Shown: positions 9,192 to 19,458, counted from the first letter of the stretch. The stretch: DNA of 63,004 bases from an uncultured Nitrospirota bacterium (GCA_964481895.1 CAYZUL010000002.1:26347-89350), one strand, 5' to 3'. Program-made: numbers and translations. The notes: generated by a model not told the origin, from the sequence alone.

Positions 9192-10036
9192 ATCTTTTCA
9201 GCCATCAGGTGATACGACGGCGACATGAGTAAAGATTTACACAATACCTGATCAACATGGGCCAACATATTCCCAGACAGGATACGCCAGAACACAGGAG
9301 GCAAAGCGTAACCTCCTTTTAGGGAGTGAATTATAAAATTATTTTTTTTCAGGGCTTCAGCAACTTGCCGCGGTGTCATGGCATCGCGTTTTCTGAATAT
9401 TCTGTTGTAGTAATTGGAAGGGTTAGTCTCCTGAAAGACCACACGTCCACCAGGTTTAAGCAGCATGTCAACCAGTTGGAGCATCTTTTCATTTGGAATT
9501 AAATTGTTAAATGAAAATAAAAAGTTTATTGCGTCAAACTTCCCAAGTTGCTCCCAATTTACTTTAAAAACATCTTCGCGGACAAGAGAGATATTCAGTT
9601 TACGCCCGGAAATCTCTTCATAAAGTTTTTTCCTTTTTTCTACTAAATCGCATACGTCCTGTCTGACATCGCAGCCAAAAACTTCCGCCCCCGATAACGC
9701 CATTAAAATAAGCTGGTTCCCGCAGCCGGAGCCAATTTCCAATATTTTATAATCTGCATCTGTACGGCCAATCAGAAAGGCCATTGTCTCTGCCAGGTTT
9801 CTTGCAAAATGATTGAGGAAGAATTGTCTGGTGTCTGGATCTATATACTTTCCATAGTAATTTTTTTTATCCTGTAGCAGTCCAGATGCCCATTCGGGAT
9901 AATTATTTAATGATGCCTCCCTCAAGAGATTAGAGTACCATTTATTCAATTTGTCCTTCGTCAAAGGAAAATCTTCTCTTTTGGGTATATAAAAATTCCC
10001 TGCAGCTACTTGAGAGAATGATTTTAAATAATTCAT
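9188..10036 (-). CDS. Class I SAM-dependent methyltransferase
   Basis: Motif I ILEIGSGCGNQL and an acidic post-I residue (FGCDV). Confidence 0.75.
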   Translation of the reverse strand: MNYLKSFSQVAAGNFYIPKREDFPLTKDKLNKWYSNLLREASLNNYPEWASGLLQDKKNYYGKYIDPDTRQFFLNHFARNLAETMAFLIGRTDADYKILEIGSGCGNQLILMALSGAEVFGCDVRQDVCDLVEKRKKLYEEISGRKLNISLVREDVFKVNWEQLGKFDAINFLFSFNNLIPNEKMLQLVDMLLKPGGRVVFQETNPSNYYNRIFRKRDAMTPRQVAEALKKNNFIIHSLKGGYALPPVFWRILSGNMLAHVDQVLCKSLLMSPSYHLMAEKI

Positions 10037-10037
10037 G

Positions 10038-11438
10038 TTATTGAATCATTCCCTCTTTAATATTAGATAGAACAAACCGGAGCTTTCCACGCGGTGTCCG
10101 CTGTAATTGGTTTACATAATTAATGTTTATTTCAGTGTTGTCTCCCAATCTTTTTCTTAACTCATACATCATCTGGTTTTCATCTTTTTTGTCATACTTG
10201 GATCCCTTTACTATTCGCACTTCTATATGCCCCGGAATGCTTTGATATAACTGCGCTTCACGGATGTTTACTGAATCCTTGAAGACATGGTCCATCCTGC
10301 CTATCCTGACGCCGTTTTTCAAAATTACGTAATCTTCTTTTCTCCCATCAATATTCTTTACAACCCGTCCGGGTCTTCCACAATCACATTTTTGTTTGCT
10401 CAAGGAAACAACATCCCCGGTATCATATCTTATTAACGGGGTGGCCGGATTTGTGAAATTTGTTCCTATAAGCCTATAGCAGTCATCATCAGGCAGCGGA
10501 ATAAATTCGACCGCTGAGAAATCTTCATCCACATGCATATTCCCGAGCTCACATTCAGAAATATTTGCAACAGCCTCAGCCTGACCGTAATCCTGTATAG
10601 GCTTAAGACCGAACGCCTTTTTTATCTTTTCAATTTGATGGGGCATTAAGTTTTCAGAAGACAAGGCAATTCCCTCCAGCTTGTATTTCAAAGACTCTTT
10701 TCTGTTTATAAGATAGTCTGCTAATAACGCTATCAGGGACGGATAACCTACCAGCAAGGGAGGCATTCTTTTATTAATCTCATCAACATAACAGCGGAGA
10801 TTTTTCTCAGACATATGATAACCGCTAAATATTATCTGTCTGCCCGGAAAATTATCTCGCCAGAACGGGGGGCGGTTTTGCCTGACAGGTACAACAGAAC
10901 GTCCACCAAAATAACCCCTCCATATATTGAGATTAAGACCATGCCAGCCCAGATAACGCCAATAAATGGAAAATTGCTCCATGATTGAATTCCGGGTAGT
11001 GGCAAAACGTAACCCACCCCCCGTGGAGCCACTTGTGTGTGTAATAACCCTTTTATTTCCGGGGATATTTTCTGAAACAAATCCTTCTAAATTGTTTTGC
11101 ACCTGCTCTTTTGTAAGAATTGGAAGCTTTTGCAAATCTTCAAGACCCTTAAAATCATCAGGATGCACACCTGAACTTTTAAATAAATTTCTATAATAGG
11201 GGACGGACTTATAACTCCAATCTATAAAATTTCTAAGCCGATGATTTCTAAATACACAAATTTCATCGTAGGATTTAAATGTCCTGCCTTCTGCATCTTT
11301 TAATAATCTATAAAAATTATGGTTATATCTGAATCTTTTAATCCTCCATCCCTCAAAAGAACATAGGATGTTCTGAATTGATACGGGCAAAAAACCGTAT
11401 AAATTTTCACTCTCCATCTTATTAAGTATAGACTGCAA
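10038..11438 (-). CDS. Adenylate-forming enzyme, phenylacetate-CoA ligase / CapK-like
   Basis: HTSGSTGGGLRF AMP-binding core motif, YDTGD, and a C-terminal KLRFV-type tail. 466 aa. Confidence 0.7.
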   Translation of the reverse strand: MQSILNKMESENLYGFLPVSIQNILCSFEGWRIKRFRYNHNFYRLLKDAEGRTFKSYDEICVFRNHRLRNFIDWSYKSVPYYRNLFKSSGVHPDDFKGLEDLQKLPILTKEQVQNNLEGFVSENIPGNKRVITHTSGSTGGGLRFATTRNSIMEQFSIYWRYLGWHGLNLNIWRGYFGGRSVVPVRQNRPPFWRDNFPGRQIIFSGYHMSEKNLRCYVDEINKRMPPLLVGYPSLIALLADYLINRKESLKYKLEGIALSSENLMPHQIEKIKKAFGLKPIQDYGQAEAVANISECELGNMHVDEDFSAVEFIPLPDDDCYRLIGTNFTNPATPLIRYDTGDVVSLSKQKCDCGRPGRVVKNIDGRKEDYVILKNGVRIGRMDHVFKDSVNIREAQLYQSIPGHIEVRIVKGSKYDKKDENQMMYELRKRLGDNTEININYVNQLQRTPRGKLRFVLSNIKEGMIQ

Positions 11439-11474
11439 ATTAAGATTTCCAGATATTTATTATTGGTTAATTCT

Positions 11475-13361
11475 TTAGTGGGTTACAGTTGCATAATTCA
11501 GTGATTGAGGTTCTGGAATACTATCTCTACACCATAACTCATACCACTGTTCCAGCAAAAGATACGCCCATATAAAATCAACGAACTCATCATCGCCTTG
11601 AAAGAACCTGGTCAGCACTGTTTCCATATTCGTATAATTTATGAATGGAAGTTTCCGTTCCCGAATATACGTCCTTAGATTATCTGCTAAGGCTCCCTGT
11701 AACCACTCTTTTAACGGCAGGTCAAAACCCATTTTTTTTCTCAATATCACATCGTGAGGAAGTACTTTTAAAGCAAGCATTTTTAGTATATGCTTGGGTT
11801 GAAATCCTTTTAACATAACTTTTTGAGGAATGCTGTTAGCAAATTCAATTAGTCTGTAGTCAAGCAGGGGAACCCTTGCTTCAATGCTTACAGCCATTGT
11901 GGCCCTGTCAGTTCTGTTGAGAATATCATCGGGCAAACGTAGACGCTGGTCGAAAATGCAGGCAGAGTTAAGAGGAGAAGCTGAATTTTCTCCATACTTT
12001 TCCAACGAATCCAAAATGCTTTGAAACGGGTTAATGTCCTCTTTTAAAATATGAGAAAGAAGTTTAAAACTACTGGTGTGGCCCGTCCCAAGGAATCTCC
12101 AGTGTTTATCTTTAATCAGGATATAATCCTGTTCCCGAAAAGAGTCTCTTTTTAATAAATGCATAAGATTGCATAGCAGGCTGGAACCGAAGGGGATTTT
12201 ATTTGCTGCATGTAGTACTACGAATCTTAGATATGAATTATATCCTGCAAAAAGTTCATCACCGCCTTCACCGGACATCATGACCTTTTTGCCGTGCTCT
12301 TTTGCAAAACGCGAAAGCAGGAATAGTGCTAATGCACTTGGGTCTGATACAGGGTCATCATTAAAAAATGTCCATTGATTAAGGGTCTCTAAAAAATCCC
12401 TTCCGTTGACTCTCAGTTTATTATTAGTAACACCAAGATGATTAGCAACTTTGTCTGACCAGAAACCTTCATCATGATTTCCGCCAATAGAGATGACAAA
12501 ACCATCGACATTCTCTGCTCCACCTTGAATCATTTTGGCTGCAATAAGACTTGAGTCAACCCCTCCGCTTAAAAAAATGCCAAGCGGAACATCGCTGATT
12601 AATTGACCTTGTACGGAATCAGATAAAAGCTGCTCAACCTTTTCAAGACACTTTTTTTCAGATAAATCCATATCAATCGTTGCCATGGGTTTCCAGTATG
12701 TTGATTCTTTGCATGTTTTAGCTGCAGTATCCCAGATCATGAAAGACCCCGGGGATAACTTCTTAATCCCCTTGAACATCGTATCGGGATGTACAGGGGC
12801 ACGGAAGAAAAAATAATTGGCAACTTGCTCTATATTAATTTCAACCTTTATGTCGTTGTGACACAAAATTGCCTTTGGCTCTGATGCAAAAATAAATTTC
12901 CCTTTTACGGCAGCATAATAAAGCGGTTTAACGCCTATATGGTCTCTTGCCAGAATAAGTGAATGGTTTCGGGAATCCCATATTGCAATGCTGAATATTC
13001 CATTTAATTTTTTAAATACCTCCGTACCCCATTCTTCATATCCATGAATAATTACTTCTGTATCTGAATGATGGCTGAGAAATCTATGTCCGCGGCTTTC
13101 AAGTTCCTTCCATAAACACCGATAATTATAGATTTCTCCGTTGAACACTATCCATATTGTTTTATCCTCATTGGGCATGGGCTGGTTTCCGGTTTCCAGA
13201 TCAATTATAGACAGTCTTCTGTGCCCTAATACACATTCACTTGAAAAATAACTCCCCTCTCCGTCAGGTCCACGATGATAAAGATACGATTTCATGGTCT
13301 CTATCAGTCGTCTGTCTTCTTTTTGACTAATTGAGGGGCTAAATCCGCAGATTCCACACAT
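11475..13361 (-). CDS. asnB: Asparagine synthetase B-family glutamine amidotransferase (WbpS-like)
   Basis: MCGI N-terminal Cys nucleophile and the PP-loop FLSGGVDSS. 628 aa. Confidence 0.9.
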   Translation of the reverse strand: MCGICGFSPSISQKEDRRLIETMKSYLYHRGPDGEGSYFSSECVLGHRRLSIIDLETGNQPMPNEDKTIWIVFNGEIYNYRCLWKELESRGHRFLSHHSDTEVIIHGYEEWGTEVFKKLNGIFSIAIWDSRNHSLILARDHIGVKPLYYAAVKGKFIFASEPKAILCHNDIKVEINIEQVANYFFFRAPVHPDTMFKGIKKLSPGSFMIWDTAAKTCKESTYWKPMATIDMDLSEKKCLEKVEQLLSDSVQGQLISDVPLGIFLSGGVDSSLIAAKMIQGGAENVDGFVISIGGNHDEGFWSDKVANHLGVTNNKLRVNGRDFLETLNQWTFFNDDPVSDPSALALFLLSRFAKEHGKKVMMSGEGGDELFAGYNSYLRFVVLHAANKIPFGSSLLCNLMHLLKRDSFREQDYILIKDKHWRFLGTGHTSSFKLLSHILKEDINPFQSILDSLEKYGENSASPLNSACIFDQRLRLPDDILNRTDRATMAVSIEARVPLLDYRLIEFANSIPQKVMLKGFQPKHILKMLALKVLPHDVILRKKMGFDLPLKEWLQGALADNLRTYIRERKLPFINYTNMETVLTRFFQGDDEFVDFIWAYLLLEQWYELWCRDSIPEPQSLNYATVTH

Positions 13362-13422
13362 GATTTTATTTAAGGAGAGGAGATATTTATTGCAACCAAA
13401 GCAAAATAAGTTTAACGCAGGT

Positions 13423-14610
13423 CTAATAACGCAGGTCTAATGCATAATTGTAACACTGCTTCATAGTGACACTGAATATTTGCCATCTATAAAGGTTTTT
13501 CATTGAAGAATTGTCTACATTTTGCATGTGTTCTAATGCATATTTAACCTTATCGCAAAATTCTTTTTCTTCACAGTTGACATCAACAATAAATCCATTA
13601 CGAAAATCATGAATAAGAGAGTTCGCTATCCCTACGTTAGTGGTTACAACTGGCTTATCCATACAAAAAGGTTCTAATAGGCACCAGCCAAATGTTTCTG
13701 ACCGTGAAGGTACAACAGCTACGTGTGCCTTATTCAGAGCACCTCTGACAATGTCTCGACCTACGCGTCCCATAAAAACAACATTATTTTGAATACCAAG
13801 TCGTTTTGTATATCTCATACACTCACTAAGTAAAGGCCCATCTCCTAAAAGATATAAAACGGTATCATCCATCAAAATACTTTTTAAAGACCGTAATAAG
13901 AATATGTGCTGTTTTACGTTATAAAAATCAGCAATATATACAATTCTTTTTTTTTCATTTTTCAAGTCTATTTTTCTCCCTTCTATATCATAACAACGAA
14001 TATCAGTTGGAGACGAGTTAAAGAAATTATCTTCAATGCCTAACGGAAAAACGAAAGCATTTTGAGGGGTTTTTATAAACCAAAAAAACTCATTCCGGCT
14101 TTTTTCACAAATAAAATGCCAGATATCAACGACTTTTCTGTACTTAGAATATAAGTAGAGCGTAAGAGGAGCTTTCCCGAATCGCCAATAATTCCTATAA
14201 GCATGAACGGTTATTACTATTCGGTCACCAGGACGTTTTAATTTTGATGCAATTTTTAAATGTAAAAATCCTTGGCAATGAAAAATTAGTTTCTTATGGT
14301 TAGATTGTAGTTTTATAAAATCTTCTAAAGAAGCAATGTCGATTACTTGAATATTAGCTGTTTTTAATTTTTCTATATACTTTTCTGTCTTTTCAATTTT
14401 TTTGTCAAATACAGCTATTGGCTTTGTTATTGAACCTAAGCTCATAGCCATATTGCAAATATGTTCTGTAATACCTATACCTTTATCATATGTAAAAAAT
14501 ATAATTAAAAAATCTTCTTGATTAGAAGGAACCATTGCTGCCAGCATTTTTTGTTCCACAAATGATGTAGTTGCCAATACCTTCTGGTGAGTATATATTA
14601 GTGAAACCAT
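13423..14610 (-). CDS. GT4-like glycosyltransferase
   Basis: C-terminal GT-B block VVPSRSETFGWCLLEPFCMDKPVVTTNVG. The start is uncertain: the ORF overlaps the upstream gene by 89 nt, and internal ATGs at 14547 and 14535 are possible. Confidence 0.7.
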   Translation of the reverse strand: MVSLIYTHQKVLATTSFVEQKMLAAMVPSNQEDFLIIFFTYDKGIGITEHICNMAMSLGSITKPIAVFDKKIEKTEKYIEKLKTANIQVIDIASLEDFIKLQSNHKKLIFHCQGFLHLKIASKLKRPGDRIVITVHAYRNYWRFGKAPLTLYLYSKYRKVVDIWHFICEKSRNEFFWFIKTPQNAFVFPLGIEDNFFNSSPTDIRCYDIEGRKIDLKNEKKRIVYIADFYNVKQHIFLLRSLKSILMDDTVLYLLGDGPLLSECMRYTKRLGIQNNVVFMGRVGRDIVRGALNKAHVAVVPSRSETFGWCLLEPFCMDKPVVTTNVGIANSLIHDFRNGFIVDVNCEEKEFCDKVKYALEHMQNVDNSSMKNLYRWQIFSVTMKQCYNYALDLRY

Positions 14611-15556
14611 TTTTTCTAAACCATCCGATTACTTCTGACCGTTTATGCGTACTTGCATATCTTGGGGAAAGGGCGTCAAACCATTTCATTACCATAGAGC
14701 GAAACAGCATTTTACGACCTCTGCCATATTCAGCCCATCCCTCCGGAGTAGTTAACAAAAGAGGGCGGAAGATACGATACAGTCCATGAAAAACATACAT
14801 CGGCAAAGAAAGGAAATAACATAAAAAAAGTAGTTCTCTGTGGCCCAGACAATTCAAACCTAAAAAGTCATATATTTTTTTGCTAACCCTAAACGGGTTC
14901 GTTCGTGAAACCTCGCTGTAATAAACATAGACTAACAATTTTCCACCTTTTTTAACGAGTCTGGTGAGCCTGCCAAACGCCCCTGCCGGATCAGGCGTGT
15001 GATGCAGGACTCCGAAGCTGTAGACCATGTCGAAGCTTTCTTCCGCAAAAGGCAATTTGAATATATCAGCTTTGGAAAATACAAGATTGCCTGTATCAGA
15101 ATGTCTCTCAGCAATTCCAGGCAGGTAGTCGTGGATATCTATGGCGTAGACCTCTGCACCAAGTTTGGCTAATTGTGAAGCCAGGTTTCCGTTTCCACAG
15201 CCGGCATCCAGAACTTTTTTCCCTGTAATTTCATTTTCACTAAACTGCGTTGAATTAAGAAAAGCCTCCAAAGCCTCATTGCAGGGAACGCCGAAAAGGA
15301 GATTTTCATCTTCTGCATTATGTTTTACTGATAACTTCCACTCGTAACCAAAGCTTTTCGCGGTAGACTCGTGATTACAAAGATTTGCCAGAAAGTCAGG
15401 TGCTCCAGATGTAACTGGATAAGATTTACCGCAATCTTCACATATAAGTTTCCCAGTTATGATTTGATTATACTGAAGGTGAGATAGATCAAGCATTCCC
15501 ATGTCTATCGGGCATCGGAGTGTTTTGTACATATCATACTCCTTAACGAGATTCAT
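14522..15556 (-). CDS. SAM-dependent methyltransferase with an N-terminal Trm112-like zinc-ribbon
   Basis: LRCPIDMG...LICEDCGKSYPVTSGAPDF (Trm112/DUF343-like) followed by motif I VLDAGCGNGN. Confidence 0.8.
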   Translation of the reverse strand: MNLVKEYDMYKTLRCPIDMGMLDLSHLQYNQIITGKLICEDCGKSYPVTSGAPDFLANLCNHESTAKSFGYEWKLSVKHNAEDENLLFGVPCNEALEAFLNSTQFSENEITGKKVLDAGCGNGNLASQLAKLGAEVYAIDIHDYLPGIAERHSDTGNLVFSKADIFKLPFAEESFDMVYSFGVLHHTPDPAGAFGRLTRLVKKGGKLLVYVYYSEVSRTNPFRVSKKIYDFLGLNCLGHRELLFLCYFLSLPMYVFHGLYRIFRPLLLTTPEGWAEYGRGRKMLFRSMVMKWFDALSPRYASTHKRSEVIGWFRKNGFTNIYSPEGIGNYIICGTKNAGSNGSF

Positions 15557-15604
15557 ACAGAATCTATTTTTTTTGCACAGAAGGTTTTCATTCGTGCTTA
15601 AGAC

Positions 15605-16714
15605 TTATTTTGATAAAAAATTTCTTTTTGATTTTTGCCAGAAATGAAATTTATTGTGAATCTTGTTATATATGTCTGCATCGGCACAGCGGTAACAACA
15701 GTCGCCCAACAATGCTTCTTTATTTTTCCATATCTGTTTTCCTTTTTCCCTGTATTTTTGCATTAATGAATCATGCCAGATATCCATGAAGCTTTTTTCA
15801 TATAGAGTCCCCACAGGAATACCGCAAGCACAACAAAAACGGATGCTTCCGTCGGGGCTTATTCCCGTTGGGCCGACGTAGCCCGCGTAGCAATTATCCG
15901 GGAGTTGGCTATTTCCAATATCAGGCATCATTCCTTGGGTGTTAAACGAGAAGTTCTTAAAACTGAATTCAAGAGAAGCGTTGGTTTTTAATCTATTAAA
16001 TTCAACAGCAACTTCTTCTAACTGGGATTTATTTAACTTTAGATACTCTTTATCACGAGAATATATTCGCACATTTTCAAAATTAATATTTTCTCCACCC
16101 ACTTCTTTTGTCAGTCTTACCATATCCTCGATATCCTTATAATTAATCGTAGTTATGACAAAAGAAATAGATAATCTCGGATATTTAATATGTCTTTTTC
16201 TTTTTTCTTCATTTAAATACAGGAGGTTGTTTTTTATTTTGTTAAATGTTTTGGCTGGCTGATTCAAATGGAGTCTTTCATATGTTTCACCTGATGCTGC
16301 ATTTAAACTTATCCCCAGGGCATCTAAACGCAGAGCCAGTAATTTATCCACAATGTCTTTTGATAGTTTATATCCATTGGTAAGAATACCCATGGTCATC
16401 TTGTTTTTTTTGATTTCCGCCAAAATTTCAAGAAGATTGGGATGTGCAAATGGTTCACCCCAGGATATAAAATTTACGTGTTGTGTACCCATTTTCCCTA
16501 AATCCTGAATGCATTGCTTTATCAAGTTAAAAGGCAATGTCTTCTTTGGGTCATCTATAAAATCTTTCTGAAAATGGTCATATTTGCAGAAAATACATTG
16601 ATAATTACAACGGTCTGTTATCCCTAAATAAACGCTGTATGGACCTGCGATAGGCTTTTTAAAGTATGTTCCAAGAACAGCTTTAGATAATCTGAATGTT
16701 TTACTTAAAGTCAT
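15605..16714 (-). CDS. Radical SAM enzyme with a Cys-rich SPASM/twitch-like C-terminal domain (no B12 domain)
   Basis: ITDRCNYQCIFC CxxxCxxC motif near the N-terminus. C-terminal cysteines in RFCCACG and GDCCYRCADAD. Confidence 0.8.
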   Translation of the reverse strand: MTLSKTFRLSKAVLGTYFKKPIAGPYSVYLGITDRCNYQCIFCKYDHFQKDFIDDPKKTLPFNLIKQCIQDLGKMGTQHVNFISWGEPFAHPNLLEILAEIKKNKMTMGILTNGYKLSKDIVDKLLALRLDALGISLNAASGETYERLHLNQPAKTFNKIKNNLLYLNEEKRKRHIKYPRLSISFVITTINYKDIEDMVRLTKEVGGENINFENVRIYSRDKEYLKLNKSQLEEVAVEFNRLKTNASLEFSFKNFSFNTQGMMPDIGNSQLPDNCYAGYVGPTGISPDGSIRFCCACGIPVGTLYEKSFMDIWHDSLMQKYREKGKQIWKNKEALLGDCCYRCADADIYNKIHNKFHFWQKSKRNFLSK

Positions 16715-16738
16715 ATATATTAAACGTACCTTATTTTG

Positions 16739-17848
16739 TTACCCTTGCATTTCCGTTATTGCCTGATAAAATTGCTCGCCTGTTTCTTCCCATGACTGAA
16801 CGAATTTCTTGGAGCCCATTCTTGCATTCTCTCCAAGTTTTATCCGTAATTCACGATTTGTAACCAATTTACCGATTGCCTCAGCCAGTAGTTGAATATT
16901 GCCAGGAGGAACAAGAATTCCAGTTCTATTGTCGTCTATTAATTCTAAAGCCGAACCAGAACTAAATGCTACTATGGGTAACCCAAACTGCATTGCTTCG
17001 GCCAGCACCATGCCAAATGCCTCTTCAATTCCAGTAAATACAAAGAGGTCAGTCCTAAGAAATAATTCTTTTAATTCTAATCGCTCCACCCATCCCAATA
17101 ACTTAACCCTATCTTCTAAAGAGTTTTCTCTGATAAGCACTTCTAGCTTCTCGGCGTAAGATGGAATGTCATCAGGGTCACCGGCGATTCTCAGGTTCAA
17201 TCGATTATAAATCTCAGGGTATCTCTGTCTAATAATTGCAATGGCTTGTATTAAGAAATGTAACCCTTTACGGGGAACGTAGTTTGAAACCGTGAGAACT
17301 TGGACGACATTATCATTGCTGTCCTTTTTTAAAAAGCTGATACCAGCAAAATCGCATCCTGGATAAACAACCTTAATGTTTCTTTTCCTAAAACCCAATC
17401 TTTCACATCCTTCGGCTGTTGTTACACTGTTAACAATAGCTCTATGTGCCGGCAGCAAAGCAATGGCAGAAACCAGTTTATCAATGAATTTTAGAATGCC
17501 ATTCCTCTGAAAATGGTAATCAAATAACTGGACGAACATAACAATCTTTACATCTGTAAAGATCCTTGCGACCCAGTTAAAAATAAATAACCATGGGTGC
17601 ATATAAAAGGCTTCAACTATTATTTTTTTTGATTTTGATTTAAGCAAAAGACTGTGAATTAGTTTAAGGTTTGATCGTATAAAGGTCTTATTCTTACCTA
17701 CTTCGTTAATATCTTTTAGGGTAAATATATCAACAATCACACCCTTCGATTTAAGATAATTGATGACTCTTTGATTATAAAAATCACCGCCTGTTTTGAT
17801 TTCTTTAACCGGCTCTACCGTAAGGTACGTAATCTTCAAGGGAGTCAC
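16739..17848 (-). CDS. GT4 glycosyltransferase
   Basis: EEAFGMVLAEAMQFGLPIVAFSSGSALELI GT-B C-terminal signature. Confidence 0.85.
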   Translation of the reverse strand: MTPLKITYLTVEPVKEIKTGGDFYNQRVINYLKSKGVIVDIFTLKDINEVGKNKTFIRSNLKLIHSLLLKSKSKKIIVEAFYMHPWLFIFNWVARIFTDVKIVMFVQLFDYHFQRNGILKFIDKLVSAIALLPAHRAIVNSVTTAEGCERLGFRKRNIKVVYPGCDFAGISFLKKDSNDNVVQVLTVSNYVPRKGLHFLIQAIAIIRQRYPEIYNRLNLRIAGDPDDIPSYAEKLEVLIRENSLEDRVKLLGWVERLELKELFLRTDLFVFTGIEEAFGMVLAEAMQFGLPIVAFSSGSALELIDDNRTGILVPPGNIQLLAEAIGKLVTNRELRIKLGENARMGSKKFVQSWEETGEQFYQAITEMQG

Positions 17849-17896
17849 GATTAGATATTCCTTAAGCCAAAGTTATTTTCATGGATTCCGCAAACT

Positions 17897-19372
17897 TTAT
17901 TGAATGGGGGCGGAACCTGCCAAAGTCGATTTTAGCAATACGGTCATTTTCTGATATAATCTAAACCTGGGCAAGGTGCTTTGAACCAATTTGCTATAGT
18001 AAATTGGAGCAAAAATTGTTAACAACCATGCATATTTCGGATTTTTCCTTATAATATTCCTGCACGTCACTTTTTTAGAGATAACACGGGTTTTCCTCAA
18101 TGCCCTCTTCCTGTCTTTATAGGAAAGTTCCGGTGTGACAAAGAGAGGTTTGTTACCAAGGTTTCTATTCAGGTAAACCTCCGGGGCTTTGGTAAAATAA
18201 CACCCGGGGGTTTGTTCAATATATTGAAAGAGTTCTGAAGCATAATATGGCACAGGGCTGAAGAAACCAACACTTGCAAACGGGTATTTGAGAGCCAGTC
18301 TCATACTATCCTCGATGTCCTGCCACGTCTCGGTCGGAGAACCAACGAGAAAGGTCGGACGTATATCATAACCCAACTGTATGCCTGCCTTTATTGCTTC
18401 TTCTATTGTCTCAAGATTTTCACCTTTTTTTAGTACACTTAATACCCTGTTGTTACCTGCTTCAACACCAATTGAAAACCTGCAGCAACCAACCTCTTTC
18501 ATCCTTTTCAATAGAGCATAATCAAGCCTGTCTGCCCGAATTCCATTGCCCAGGGAAAACTTAATCTTCATTCCACTTTTTTCAATCTCATCACATATCT
18601 CATAGACTCTTTTTTTAATTTGAGTAAAATTATCGTCTAGGAAAGCAAATGTTCGAACTCCGCGGCTGTACCAGTACGTCAGTTCATCTATAACGTTTTT
18701 AGCACTCCTTATTCGGAATCTCCGACCGATAGCTGCATTAACGGTACAGAAGATACATTGGTAGGGACATCCCCGTGACGTAGTAATATTAATTTCGAGC
18801 GTTCCGGGATTAGAGCCAAACCGGGCTTTGTATTTGTCTAATTCAAATTTTCTGTACCGGGGGAAAGGAATTTCATCGAGGTTGGTAATGAACTCTCTCT
18901 CTCCGTTGAAAACAATTTGACCATTCTCCTTTCGATAGATAAGTCCTTTGATGTCCTGTAAGGACTGGCCATCCAACAAGTCCATAAGTGTTTTTTCACC
19001 TTCACGAACTACACCATAATCGATATAAGAACATTCCTTTAATACTGCTTCCCTTAAAGATGAGATATGCGGCCCTCCTACTATTATTTTCATCAAAGGG
19101 AAAGCCCTTTTAACTCGTTCAAGGAGCGCATAGGCATCCTTAAATTTATAACTTATCATTGAGCATCCTAAAAGATCAGGTTTGAATTGAGCAATTTTAT
19201 TCAGGAGATCATTGATTTTGTAACCAAGAGCCATATCCAAAACATCGCAATCTATGCCATGCTGTTCTAATGTTTCAACTAAATACCCTAAACCTATTGG
19301 AAAATACGGAACGGGGCTAAACGCTGATCGCTTATACGGAGGTTGAATAAATAAGACACGTTTATATTTCAT
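17897..19372 (-). CDS. B12-binding-domain radical SAM enzyme, copy 2
   Basis: MKYKRVLFIQPP..PIGLGYL..GCSM N-terminal domain and TSRGCPYQCIFC. It is the closest paralog of 27579-29024, with long collinear identical blocks such as GGPH, FPRY, GNG(I/L)RAD, RMKEVG, GVE(A/G)GNN. Confidence 0.85.
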   Translation of the reverse strand: MKYKRVLFIQPPYKRSAFSPVPYFPIGLGYLVETLEQHGIDCDVLDMALGYKINDLLNKIAQFKPDLLGCSMISYKFKDAYALLERVKRAFPLMKIIVGGPHISSLREAVLKECSYIDYGVVREGEKTLMDLLDGQSLQDIKGLIYRKENGQIVFNGEREFITNLDEIPFPRYRKFELDKYKARFGSNPGTLEINITTSRGCPYQCIFCTVNAAIGRRFRIRSAKNVIDELTYWYSRGVRTFAFLDDNFTQIKKRVYEICDEIEKSGMKIKFSLGNGIRADRLDYALLKRMKEVGCCRFSIGVEAGNNRVLSVLKKGENLETIEEAIKAGIQLGYDIRPTFLVGSPTETWQDIEDSMRLALKYPFASVGFFSPVPYYASELFQYIEQTPGCYFTKAPEVYLNRNLGNKPLFVTPELSYKDRKRALRKTRVISKKVTCRNIIRKNPKYAWLLTIFAPIYYSKLVQSTLPRFRLYQKMTVLLKSTLAGSAPIQ

Positions 19373-19458
19373 TGCCTGATATCTATTTGATTTAAGGAAT
19401 TTTCGGAGTCATTCTTATGCAGAAAAGTTACATCCATAGATTTTGCACTGCTTAAAAT

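Noticed and set aside
15557-16738. A RiPP-type precursor peptide gene next to the SPASM-like radical SAM gene.
   Set aside because: The flanking gaps are only 48 and 24 nt, and both neighbours are glycan enzymes.
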